Source: Ophelia neglecta (Eukaryota). From it: DNA of 64,000 bases. Of the stretch, positions 27,199 to 40,390 are shown piece after piece. The translations under genes were made by a program, and so were the position numbers. The first letter of the stretch is position 1. Every line of letters starts with the position of its first letter. The stretch spans positions 28,954,001 through 29,018,000 of the forward strand of contig OZ260667.1 of the NCBI GenBank assembly GCA_965285935.1, given 5' to 3'. A model generated the notes under the pieces. That model saw nothing but the letters and a program-made list of their open reading frames with translations. It had not been told where the DNA came from and ran no database searches.

Positions 27199-30100
27199 TC
27201 ATCCCATATCCCTCACCAACTCGGTAAATCCTATAGCTCCGGCAGGGTAACCCTAAACATCAGTTCCATTAGACATTGATTATAATTCCATGTCGACTTT
27301 ATCACGACCTACTGCCTTTTCATTTGCTATTTGTTTTGTCACCAATTCATCATATCACTGTCCTCACAGACCTCGGTAATTGCATCACTAACTGCCGAAT
27401 TCGTCATAAAATCCACGAAATCTCCAATATTGGTTTTGATTATTGCTGGCGTTGGTGCCAATGGAGGGATCACCCAGTTTCTCCATATAGAGGCACGGTT
27501 TTGCGGCATATCGAGGGTTTTTCCATAAAGATTTTAATGACTACAAGCATCCATTAGAATAAACCAATCAATAGATATTATGCTCGAATGGAAATTCAGC
27601 CTCATGCAATAATTACCCTTCGTCGCTCAAGCCATGTGCTTATTCACATAAACTAACAGTCATTCATTTGTTTGAAGGGATCAACATCACAATCTAGGCG
27701 CAATAATCTGCCCTGAAAAGTCCATGTAACAGTTGGCTCAATGTTAAATCTTGGATCATTGGAAAATTTAATAAATGCCTTGTCAAAGCAGCTCATGGAA
27801 CTACGATATGAACGGGGATTCCCATTGAGATCAAAAAGTATCTCATCAAGCATGTTTCTGATAATTTTTTTTTCATAGATCTGGGACTATCTATACATCG
27901 TTCTTGTAGCTGATCTTGCCCAAACAGACCTGATACACTTTTTGCTGCCTTTACATGAGGAGGATCTTGTAGTGTGTTTTACTTTAGTTCGACAAGTATA
28001 ATAATTATTTATCTAATATAAGAATGCTTTTCTTCTGTAGTCATAATATAAATATTTTATTTATGTGGGATGCACCTTCGGTAGGTTCCACTACTGTACT
28101 GTAAAAGCTCCATATGAATATGAATATTTATAATATCATGCACTTGATTATTACAATTATCAATTCTGCAATAATTTAGAAATAATATATATTCATTTAT
28201 TTCATCACTTCTAAAGCGCTCGTTTATGGATACCTAAGCGGAAATCCGTGTCGTGATCTGTTACTGGAGAATCCTCGGGACTCGGGTACCAATAAATGCT
28301 TTATTTATGAAACGTAATATTTAGTACTGCATGGCATGAATCAGTAAACGTATTAACATGATTAAGCTGCTCATGTCGGAATAATGTCCCCGTTTGTAAG
28401 AAGGAAAACGACACCCTGCCTCCCCCGGCCTACTGATTGTCATACAAGCTCTCCTGGTCATAAATAAGAAACATTCATCATGTCACAAGCTGGAAAGAGC
28501 ACAAGAAGGCCCATCAACGTATTAACTTTATTTTCGTTACAACCACCATCCCCACCCACACCCCACAACATTGCTACTCCCTTCTCCCTCCTCTACCTCA
28601 AGCCCTCACTCAATGAGTCATACCTTTGAACCCTGTTTGACATCCCTTCCGTCTCCTCTCCTTTTTGTTGCGCCTGTTATGGGAAATTTTTAGGACAATT
28701 ACATTACTTTAAAAGACGACAAGCAGCTTGGCCTACAAAACAAACTGACTTCTTCAAAGCCATACGATTTAATGGAATCATTCTCAAGGGTGTATAAATA
28801 TGGTGCCTATATTACATTTAGTTGAGCCTCCCACCCAAACGCCCTCGCTCCCCCCTTCCTTGTCAGTCACCCCATCCCATAAAACTAAACTCTTTAACGG
28901 CTTTAAGCCGCCCACCCACAATTATAACACTAATGCATCATAAGCAGAAGAGTGCTGTTTGTATTGCACAGGTGGGAAAAGAATTACACCTTAAGGAAAA
29001 TTCTGCGTCGTTCAAACTGAACATGGATTATTTATGCCAGTGTCTATCGAGTCGTTCAGTCATTCTGGCTAATTACGTTTCGAAGAAACTGTTAACGCCT
29101 TGACTGTTCCACCTACAGTGCGAAGCAATTAAAAAAATCTTGTTCGCCTTTCATCTGGTAGGCGTGGCCTTGATTTGAAGGACTAAAGAATTCTTTGTCT
29201 GTACAAGTCCCCTTTCCATTTATAATTAAACCGTTTATAATATTTAACCTTACCAACATTTTTGATTGAGTTTAATAAGCTAACGGACTAAACATTCATA
29301 GACGTTCAGTTTTAGTGTTTGTTTCTTTCTATTTGATTACACCATATATTCACTTAGTTATTAATAACATGTTATTATAATTTATAAGTCTTTATTTAAG
29401 GTCAAACCTATTTGTACCCCCTTTACACTAGCCTAATGTTATTAGGCCAAGATAATTATACCCAGGCATGGATGTTCAGTGTAAGACACTTAAGGAGTCA
29501 TTTATCAGTAGAGATATCCGTCGCGTAGCTTCCCCTGGCCGAGATTAGCAGCCTTGATATTTTAATTGTAACTCGATTTAAGTTTTCCTTTTTGTTCGAA
29601 TAGTTTTTTTTTTAGTTTATCCTTGCTTCTAAGAATAGGTGTGTAGGGAAAGAAAACATGTATACATGTCTGTGTGATCCGCTTAGTTATAATTATAGCA
29701 TAAACTTACTACTTTTAATAATTAAATTTTTAAATAACTTTACTGATTTGAACTTAAGTGATTCACTATCAAATGCTTGTATGAAAGTATTTTCATTGGT
29801 AACTGCATTGAATAAATTAAAATGATCGTACCCGACCTCAAAGTCGATTAAAATTAATTATAGCTTAGAATCCGAAAATATATGATTATAAAGTTGTAGC
29901 GTCTAGGTTCAACAAATTGGGTGAAAATAAAATAGGCATACGAATGTCATTTAAAAGGCTTCAATCGTCACCTTGCAATTTGTTTACTTTTTCTGTTTCG
30001 AGAAAAAAAAAGACCTCGTGTATTTGGTGGAAAAATAAAAGCGGATACACGGCAGACAATATAAAATCAATCGTCAGGAAGTCATTCTGTCTGAAGTCAC

Positions 30101-30603
30101 GGGGAACCGTCAGATTCAGGACCACATATATCAAAGAAGATCATCGCTGGGCAATTGGTGATTACCATGAGAGTATGATAACAAGGTGTTAGTTCCCCTC
30201 TCAAAACTCGCCAATACTCCTATCCTCCTTAGAAATTGACCAATTTCATAGCATGTAGGTGATTTACACAGCTTTGGCTAATATTGACGCAGAAAATAAA
30301 AGGGTGACAATTGAAACCTTTTTTAAACATTCCTTGTCTATATATATTTAACATTATGTTAACCACTTTATTATTCGAAACTTTGCTAAACCATTCTTCT
30401 ATGTTAAAATATGTATGCATTCGAATCACGAGATTGATGTATATGATGAAATAACAAAATTGTCTGGTGATATTCAGAAAACCTTTGGCTGGACAGAATG
30501 AAAGGAAGATAAACAATAACCAATTTAATTTTCTTAAGGCGCCCTTCTTCGGACGTAAGCACACTTCTGACATAAAAGTTACCCATTTTGGTTGTTTTTA
30601 CAG

Positions 30604-30690
30604 TCACCGACAACCCAACAGCGCCAAAAGAAGAGGCGGTAGCTGACAAAGACAGATTGGGTCGTGACCTCAGCCTCGCTGTGGGGCTCG
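30604..30690 (+). CDS. Gene A exon 2 (87 nt, phase 1-1): (V)TDNPTAPKEEAVADKDRLGRDLSLAVGL
   Basis: Acceptor ttttggttgtttttacag| and donor CTCG|GTAAGA. Length is a multiple of 3 and the exon is open in the frame set by exon 1. Confidence 0.75.
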
Positions 30691-33600
30691 GTAAGAGAAC
30701 CAGTGTCATTCGGTGATGGTTGCGCATGCGCCTCTTATTGCATTTCCCGTGATTGCGTAGCTAGGTCGGCAGACTGAAACAGCACCAGTAAACGATCGCG
30801 ATACATAAACACGAATATAGTGCATGGGAGTAATGAATACACGAATACCACTGACTCGGGACTGTCTCCGTTTTCTATGATATGATTCTGCACACACTGC
30901 CTTTTTCAATGAGCCTTTTTTCAATGAAGCCCCATTGCATTCAGTTGCATTCTTACAATATGACCCGCGCACTTCAAGTATTAATTATACACACGTGGAT
31001 AATTTTGGCATTATTTGTTGCAAATTAGATTCCTACCTAATAATATGAAGTGATAGTGCATTTTCATTAGCTTATACATGCCAATGAAATTATTGCTTGA
31101 TGTTTAATTGGTGCAACGATTTCTCGGTGCTCTGATTTGTGAATGATGTGTATCCGTAATTTCTCTTTACTGCCGTCTAGTCTTAGTAGTACCCCGCGGG
31201 CGTCTGATTACTTATTTGTCATGGTGATGCTGTCACCATAACAATTTGAGCACCTTCTGTTGATGAGGATTTCTTCTACACAAATCATTTGGTCGTCTGC
31301 CGGTCCCTGAATCCACCTGCTTTCCAGCCTGATGCATCAATCACAGGCGATCTCGCCTTGGCGACGAGAGCACTCGTTTCTCTGTCAGCGTTGAGCATTT
31401 CTGGGTGAATTTAAAATTTCCTTGTTTGCCGCTCTCTGCTTCCCCATATCCAAAGTGTGATGGGTAATATTGGATGTATTAGCTGTTGGCATTAATCTGG
31501 AATGTTGCCTAGCGTGCCAGCCTAGCATGAAAACTGCCTGATACCTTTGGGCTATGTTTTGATTTGCCAAATGGATGACAGAACCTTTTGATTAAATCCA
31601 AAGTCGGGCACGAATAGTGCACATTAGATTGGGAGTCTAATTAAGATCTGCACATAGTCAATCATTCTAACCGCATACCCGATCGTCCTCAGCCTGCTTC
31701 GGTTATTTATGTTTTCTACAAAGTAAAGAAAGTGCATTTAGGTTGTTGAGAATAAACGCTTAATCATTAGTTTCAAAACACCCTGTATCCACGGGCCTGT
31801 ATCCTTTGGAATAGGTAGGTCAGTGTTTAAGAAGGAGAGCTTGGGATCGCGTTGCTATCATGCAAATTGGCAAAAAAACATTGAAGCCTGAGACAATATG
31901 AATACCAGAAAGCATATCTACACCTAAAGTAATGCCCAATTAACATCTTGTGATTAATCAACCTCTTTAAGGGTTAATTAGGTTAAATTTATCATTTGGC
32001 AGGAATGTTTCTACTGAGTCAAAGAAAAATAGTTACATGTTATGCCATGCATTTATATCATACCTGCGACGTTGGAATGCTCTGTAAATTAAACCAACTA
32101 GTTTTTTTTTCGGACGGAGCAATACTCACAATTTAATACTAGACCTTTCTTGACCAGCTTGATCAAGTGTCTTTTCTTTCAGAAATTTCTGAAACATTAT
32201 TCTATCCCCTTTGAAGATGCATCCCTTTTTGTGTTCTGCAATATCATGTCTGCATAATTACCGTCGATGAATCTATGGCATGACACCTGTCCAATGTGAC
32301 CTCATAAATTTCAGGCGGGAACGGGCAGACGTCAAATAACAGACCGGCACGTCACCGTAGGGGCGCCTCAATTCTCGTCCACCATTTTGTAAGTAATCAT
32401 TACACGTGATTGGCTGAGATCTGGTGCTGGAGGGTGAAGGATGCTTGATATCTTACTAATATTTAACATTACTTCACAGCAAAGAACATGGCTGACAGAG
32501 CTGCATCAACTGATTTCACCAATCAGTGTTCACGGTTCTTTTTGTGGGTGTGCATGCAATCTTTATTTTCAGTTTCTAGGTATTTTTTCTTGGTGGCTGG
32601 GTATTTTGTACAACTTCAAACCAATTGTACATTTGTGAACATATATTCACGTTGCTGGGTTGATTAAAACGTTCGAAATGTGCCACTCAAGACAACATTT
32701 CCCTTTTGTTTAATTAGTTGATGTATATATGAAACCCCCTCTGCCTGATCTGAGATTTGTATAAAGATAACATCAGCATTTTTCGTTAAATAACACTATC
32801 TGGGCCATCATATCCGACGACAAGTTCAGAGTATGAAGACATACGAGCCCATCAGCCAATAAAAATCACCCATTTGGAAAATATTCACCATCGTTTAATG
32901 GTATTTCCATCCGACAGGGCCCTCTTTTTATGTGCCTGGTGGTCCATCTTCCGTGGTTAAAAAGTCAGAGGCTGCATATCCGTTTTGTCGTCTGCTGAAA
33001 TAACTGTATTATATCAGTGTGACTATAACATAAAGCACCCAACAGGACGATGCTGTTCAGAAAGCAGACTGAGTGCTTATTTTATGAGCATTTTCTCTTA
33101 CCTCTTCCGGTTCGCTGCAGATCATAGACTCTACTGGGCTATATGGCTGCTGTAAGGGCTGAGCAAACTGTAATAACCCTTTGTCGTCTGCCATCTATAG
33201 AAGATGGATATAAGTATCAACCTAGAAAGTATCTGCTCGTGTGAAACGACAACTACACCTTGTCCTTGTTGCAAAAAGCCGCAGACAAGCAGGTGCCATG
33301 GAACCAGCGTGGCAGCAACGTGCTACTGCCGTCTGTATACGATATGCACGGGCCTTATACTTCACAGCCATGCTGGAAGATGATATCGAAACCATGAATA
33401 AAAAAAGGATTTTTATGTAAAGGCTAGTTACATTTATTAACTGTCATTGTAAGATTTATTGTGTTTAATATTAGAGGTGTGTCAAGCCGTTTGCAATATA
33501 AGACATTTAAGGCCCCTTGCCGAGTTCCCTTGTGAGGTGGCGGTGTATGTCAAATATTTTTTTCTTCGGGAACAGCAAACGACTTCCTTGAAACGCGACG

Positions 33601-34247
33601 ACATAGCTTGATGTATCTAGAAGGATTATGGGGGCAGACTTATTTCATGCAGCTGGAGCCTTTTTGTAAAGAAAGGGCGTAATTCAGTCAACAAATTCCG
33701 TGAAGCGTTCCTGGTGCTGCTTAGCAATTCCTGGTCTCCCAAGCGACCGCCAAGGGTCGCATATATCAAGGTGAATATCTCGCAGTAGTGCCATCGACAA
33801 AAACGGAAAAAAAAGTAGGTTTGAGGATTAATGTTGCAGCCGCCAGTCGGAGGTGCTAAGTGGTTTGAAGAGCCATTAATTATTCATCACGAAAACAATG
33901 CGAGAACCGTAGCCGTCCCCTAACCCATTGGTCGTCCATGGTGTATGAGCATGAATGTAAAATGGCGCAGTCACGAAAAATGGCGCAGTCACCAATCAAC
34001 TAAATAAGGTCATTCCTGACAAAATGTTGGAAGTGTGTTAAGTTTGTGCGTTATCCAATTTAGTCAATGGAATCCATCGGCTGAGACATACTATGTCTGG
34101 CTCGTCTTGCTTTGTTGGTGTGAGTCATTTTCGTCCAGAAATGGTGCAAATGTCTAATCATCTAGAACTTTCAACTTCAAAGACGTGTTACAACGATACA
34201 TATTATAGTGATCTCAAAGCAAATTTACTCATCTCGATGTTTTTCAG

Positions 34248-34325
34248 AAAATGCTGCATCCAAGCCGGAGGACCTAATGAGATTAGCGGCTTCCCGCCAA
34301 CAACAACACACAACTCCGCCCCAGT
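34248..34325 (+). CDS. Gene A exon 3 (78 nt, phase 1-1): (E)NAASKPEDLMRLAASRQQQHTTPPQ
   Basis: Acceptor catctcgatgtttttcag| and donor CAGT|GTATGT. Length is a multiple of 3, open in phase 1, joins in frame to exon 4. Confidence 0.7.
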
Positions 34326-35394
34326 GTATGTATCTGCTAGTTTCTGATAAATGATGTGTGTTATATTAGTGTTCTTAAATCAGAATCGTGGCTGTCATAG
34401 GGCATCTCAGACGCGTAGATTGAAGCTAGTGCGCGAGATCACCATCAAATAAATAGGCCGCAAACTCAATGTTATATATGTTTATAAAATTAATAGAAAA
34501 AGTAAAGCCTGTATATATAGTTCAGATCTCAATTTACATTGAGTAGGCATATAAAACCGGAAGGAAGCACTGATATGTCAACCCGACAACATAAAGCAAC
34601 TTAATCTTAACAAGCCGTACGTTATTGTGCGTTGATAGATCATTTAAATAGCTCACTGCAGCAGAGAATGTTCATCAAATCCAGATTGACAGTTCAATCT
34701 CAGTTAAACAGTGAAATTCATTCACAGATGCGAACATAAATTCTAGGCTGTGCAATCCAGACGTCATTTTTATGGGGACTATACGCTGCCAAGCACAAAA
34801 GTAAAAATATCTATATGAATGACAACAATTCTCTTAGAGCAATTTTGATTTTTCTATTAATGGTTCTCATGTGCTGCTGTTGAGTATATAGTCAATCTAT
34901 TGAATCTGTATTGTTTGTTGCTCACCTCCAACCACTCAACAATCGAAAATAAGAGTGGCTTTATGTGAATAACTACAGTAGTGATGTTGTAACAGACCAG
35001 AAATAGCATTGGGGTAATAGAATTTATATTTATGATTGATTGTTACTTTAAAATCTCCTGTTTTAACTCGTGATGTAAAGAAATGTGAAGTCGGGACATC
35101 TTGATATTTTGAACGCAAGTTTTTTCGAAAACAAGGTTAATCTTTATACCGATTATATTTAAAGGAAAGCATATAATATGTAAGGGGCCTTACATATGAC
35201 AGAAATATAGGTATAATATAGTGTTCGTGACCCTCTTAGTTTGGAAAATACAAGACAATATTGGTACTAGCTGCTTAAATATTGCCGATAAAATAGTAAC
35301 ACTCATTACATGTCCTGTGTCTGTGCATTGGTAAAGTAGATTTAGGTCCATTTTTGTGCTAGCTAATACCATTTAATCATTTCTGCTATTTCAG

Positions 35395-35972
35395 TCTTAG
35401 CAACACCTTCCCCAGAGTACAAAGTTATTCCTATAGATGAAATGGACGATAATGATTACGAAGAGAGACAGACAAAAGTGGAAACAAATGACGATTTGAT
35501 ACCTTTAAATAGACACGATTATGATGGTCAGCCATATCCCGAACTCCCCGGAAGTGAACGCGATACCGATTTTGTTGACCAGGATTGGAGACCAGTGAAC
35601 TCTCGTGAGGATGACGACAGTGACATTGTCAGTCGTAAAAATGGCGGATATGGATACAGTGAGGTGAATAAAAACAAAAAGGATAATGAAAAAGATAGAA
35701 CTCAAGACAGACCACCTAAACAGCGACCAAAAGGTAACGTCTCTCTCGGGTACGTAACTGTGACATCCACAACCGTTGATCCGTTTGATTTAATCCCTCC
35801 AAAAAACGCCATAATAGACGAATTTGGAGTAAGAGAAACCGAATATATTCATAACTACAAAGTAGACAACGTGAGGCATCATAAAAAGAAACAAGAAGGA
35901 AGGAAACTTCGCGGGAAGTTACGGGAATCCAGAACGAGACTTCATAGGCAAAGGCCATCTTCCAGCACGTGA
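35395..35972 (+). CDS. Gene A terminal coding exon: acidic then basic low-complexity ectodomain, (F)LATPSPEYKVIPIDEMDDNDYEER...RLHRQRPSSST*
   Basis: Acceptor catttctgctatttcag| at 35394/35395 is phase 1 and in frame with ORF 35442..35972 (176 aa, D/E/K/R-rich). TGA at 35970-35972 is followed by a long AT-rich UTR-like region. Linkage to exon 1 is inferred from phase only. Confidence 0.8.
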
Positions 35973-37661
35973 CCCAACTGAATTCTCGCGAACCTTGTCG
36001 AGAGCTTTTATCCTGCCTCAGTCACATTTTCTCCACCTATACCGTCGTCGTTAATGGCATCTTTGTTAATCCACATTTCATCAACACAAAGTCCAATTGT
36101 GTACATTAACGCAATTAATGTTGTGCGCTAACACAGTTGTATTTTTTACAATATATGTTATCACGTGTGAATTGTTTATGCAATTTTACTGCATGGGTAG
36201 CTTCTGATCATTTTTGCATTTTATATTCAATCTTTTAAAAGATCGTGCCTTCATAATCGACTGTCTTCGATGGAATAGTTCCTTTACGCAATATTCTTGT
36301 TTCCTGAAGTTGATTTAATATTAATAATACTTTCGTTTTATACGTCCAGCAAAAAGGCATTTACACCCTCGAAATAAGGAGTATTTATCCTTTTTTTAAT
36401 CGGGATAAACAATGACCTATCAGTTATAGAAAGTCACGTTTAAAGTCTAAAGGTGAGATATTTCTGATTGCGGTATCTGGGAACTGAAGATTTAATGTAT
36501 GCATACAACCGCATGACGACCGACACAGATATTGTAGGTCCCTAGGGCAAACGGTATAATCGATAATAAGCAAAGGAATGTTCCATGTGCTCGATTTGCT
36601 CAAATATGCACCAAGTACTAAGGCTTATCTTATTATTTAATTTAACTATGCATGCAGGTACTTGATTTCATAAATATCGTTTGGTTGTTCTATTTTGATG
36701 TCCTGGATTTTGAGTGACACAGAGTCGCCTCGTCGCTTGACACATGCTCAAGCTTTTCACACGCCCTGAGTTTAGTTTATGAAGTTTGCTCATTGGTATA
36801 TATTTGACCATTTGTCTTTCACTTAAGTCAATGCTAGTTGCATGCGAATGTGTGTATAGTGTTCTTTAATTGCTAATCTTCGGTCCAGGGACATTTACGT
36901 TGTGCTATATGTTTTAAATCGTTGACATCTCGACGTATTCAGCAAAACAAGGATACTTTACTGTGTTGGTGGAAGCTGTGCACAATATTTGTGTATAATA
37001 ATCAAACGCTTCCATATCTCAATGAGGAATTGACTCTAAGGCCTTCCAAATAATTGTCTTGCTATTTTATATTCTTTATGTGCCGCAGAATCATTAGAAC
37101 TTTATAGAAATAGGTAGGAATATTTAGCTCTAGGTTTTATAAAACTGATATAAATATAACTTTGCCATGGTATAAAATATTCCGTCGATCATGCTGTCAA
37201 GTCGATGTAGTGACATCTCTGTCAAATCCGCCTGGAATAATACTTGCTAAATCGATTCGAATTTGATATTCCAGATACTTTTATTTGAGATAATCCTGAC
37301 TCACTAGGATAATACTATATTTTACACGCATACGTGTTGCTTTAGGTAGTCCTTACCCAAAAATATGTAAACTTAATATCCGAGGACTGAGCTACAATGG
37401 GAAAATAATTCAACTGTCGATATGAAAAGTTATCATAAAACTTGCTTTACACACATGTGAGTTAAGTAGTAAAGTAAAATGTTAATTTTATCTTTTTATT
37501 TAGTCAATCAAAGAGACAGAATTTGAATCGGGTCTACCAAATATTCCAAGGATTAGGAATGTATTTTTCAAAAGGTATACATGTAATAGTAAATGACATT
37601 TGTCCGATTCTCTTCAATGTCTTCTTACTTGTCGGTATCTCAATCATTTATATCAACTGTA

Positions 37662-38395
37662 AATAAAATATCTTATATTCACCATTCATATATCCATCCT
37701 CTTTCGATTTTACAATTAATCGAATAAACTGTTATTTGAGAAAACAAACTTGCAAAACATAACCGACATTATTTAATTTTGATGAGTCATCAGTATGATT
37801 TTATTCGGTAGAAGGCTACTCTCGTCATAGTATCTTATTTCTCTGACACGAATCTTTTAATTGCGTAGTGTATTTGTCGTTTACTCACGGGGTAGTTATT
37901 TAATCCTTACATGGCTAGAAGTCTTAAAATTTTGAAAAGAATTGCAGTGAATTAATAGTAACCAACATAAGTGGTACTACTAGCTTTATTAAATCAATTT
38001 AAAGCCGCAAGATTTTGTGTCTTCACATTAACGATTATCATCCAGGTAAAAGACTGCATTAAGGTTTTTTCTGTCAACGGTATATTGGTATTTGTATTAT
38101 ATTGCAAATTTTGCACTTGGTTATTTGTAACATATATATTATCATTGTATATAAAAATGTCTTTGTACTACACGTGTAGTTAACAACTATTTATAGAACA
38201 ATTGTTCTAATATAAATAACAATGGAATTGTTTAAGAACAAATTGTATGAACTAAATTTCAAAACGGACAATTGTATACGGATGTCATTGTTGTTTCAAA
38301 TTGAAATTGGTGCCGTCGATATGATATCACAGAATGTATGTGCATGTCGCCTCTTTTCAAAATTATTAGCTTGTACTTTGTAGTATATCAATAAA
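37662..38395 (+). other. Candidate polyadenylation signals for gene A (AATAAA at 37662, 37723 and 38390)
   Basis: Canonical hexamers at the end of an AT-rich stretch downstream of the stop, before the convergent gene B. Which one is used cannot be determined. Confidence 0.35.
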
Positions 38396-39720
38396 GTTTA
38401 TTGCGCCTTTAACGGGTGTTAACTACCATCTACATGCTTAATTTTTTAAGTAAATAACTAGGAAACAAGCGGCTTGTATACTGGCATGAGAAATAACTGG
38501 TGCTAAATATGTACGTTATGCCCACATTTTTTTCAGTTGTTTTTTAATATAGAAATGATAGAAAGAAAAATAATTCTTCGAAGTCCTAGTTCGATGCTGT
38601 TTTAACATGAAACAGATGCACATGACCCCTATCCCTTGCCCTAGATTAAGCGGGACAAATCTTGCAAAGCTTGTTATGTGTTACAATGTAGGTGTTAAAA
38701 CGATGGTTAAGTTAAACATTCATAGTTTCATTGACATTCTTACAGTATCACAAACTTATTTGTGAACTATGTTAATGTCATGAATAATTTAAAGCATTTT
38801 TATTGGTTAAATCATAATTTTACTTATGAACATATGATGATTTCACATGACAATGTTAACGTGGATTTTCACTTTATCGGCAAGCCAACCGTTTCCAGCT
38901 AGAAAACCTTTTTATTTGAGTTCGGATATTTATGTTTCTTGTTGCAATATATGACGATCTTTACTGACACATATATGTTCATTGTCGTCTTGCCATATCT
39001 TTCATTGGAGAAATCCTTTATTAAGTTACTACTTAATCATCTGTTAATGTCAAACCTTACGATGAAGTAGTCACATTCTCTAACAAACCTGTCGTAAAAT
39101 CTAAGATGGAACACAACCGTACCTGTAAACGTATATTAGCCATTTGCTCTGGGATTCAAGAGCAATTTAAATAATATAAATGTTACTAGGAGAAAAGTAA
39201 AATCTATATATAAGGGACAGACAGTGAACTTTTATTTTACGCAAGGCGGGAAAACGTGGCAAAACATGGCCCATGCAAATTGGAGTAGAAACCAATTTAG
39301 CTCGTTGTAAAGGTAATTGATCTATATTTTGCCCCAATATCAAGGACATATGGATATATGGATGTTTATTGATTTTAAGTGGGAGGCATCTTTTAACTAC
39401 CACTGGTGTAAAAAGTAGTTTCCTCATCAAATATTCTTTATATTTTTATTATTGACAGGAATATTTTCTGAAACAGGTGGTTGCTTTGCCGGGAGGCAAT
39501 ATTAGATTTATAATCAAGTGAGAGCCCATTGGTTTTAATCTAGTGCACAAGGTCCAATATTGAAACTAGTGACATTGTTTTATTTTGGTTTTATGTAACA
39601 TTAATCAGTTTTATCTAACATTCTGTTATAGATTAGCAGTGTGTCACATCTATATCATTAAAGTTTAAAAGGCGTGTTGCCCTTAAAGAACAAACAAGTT
39701 AAAAATCAATTTTGCATATA

Positions 39721-39881
39721 TTACTGCGACTGGTCTGTGATACATAAACAAGAGCTGGCGAGTCCCTCTTCGTCGTAGGGCTGGTACGTGGAATTGAAGC
39801 ACGTCAAATTGTCTTCTTGCAAGAGGGGAACTGCGACAGCTGTCAAAGTCTCTGTAATAACCTCGAGGTCCTCCTGTGTAC
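39721..39881 (-). CDS. Gene B terminal exon: (G)TQEDLEVITETLTAVAVPLLQEDNLTCFNSTYQPYDEEGLASSCLCITDQSQ*
   Basis: Acceptor ttttgtgtgatttttag| in phase 1 gives 52 open codons then TAA at 39723-39721. Minus-strand AATAAA at 39584-39579. Acidic composition continues that of exon 2. Confidence 0.85.
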
Positions 39882-40390
39882 CTAAAAATCACACAAAAGG
39901 GTAGTAAAGCCTATTTATACTGAGATTAAGCTAGTAGTTAAAGCATATCGCACTTATGTCATCTATTGAAACTTCAGTGTGCAACACAAACTCATTGAAT
40001 TTATTAAAGAGAACACTCAGTTTAACACCTGTTGGTCATGATTGTATGAGTAAAGTGTTGAAAGTCTGTACAGAGTGATAACTAAATAACCTTGTAAGCT
40101 AATACAAGGAAATAGCATTTAACTTGTTGATTTTGGATGCTATCTTTAAATCTAAATTCCCTACAGTGGTGCGAGTAAACGTTGCAGTCCAACCGATTTA
40201 AAATACACATATTCTTCCAAAAGAACAAATTAAAAAACAAATGTTTAAACTATTTATGATAAAACTACCCTGATTCGTCTCTAATTTGTTGTTTTAAAAA
40301 TTCCATGTGGCAATATAATGGCCGGGTAATAAATACATGTAATCATATATTGCGGGCAGTCTAAAAGAACAAAATTCTACTCAGACCTAC

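Noticed and set aside
26957-27250. Poly-Pro, poly-Gly and poly-His ORFs
   Set aside because: Translations of a C-rich low-complexity tract, with no phase-compatible splice sites found.
424-30600. Dozens of 60-125 aa ORFs within gene A intron 1, as nested genes or transposon ORFs
   Set aside because: No recognisable domains (no RT, transposase or integrase motifs), many non-ATG starts, and composition typical of random AT-rich sequence.
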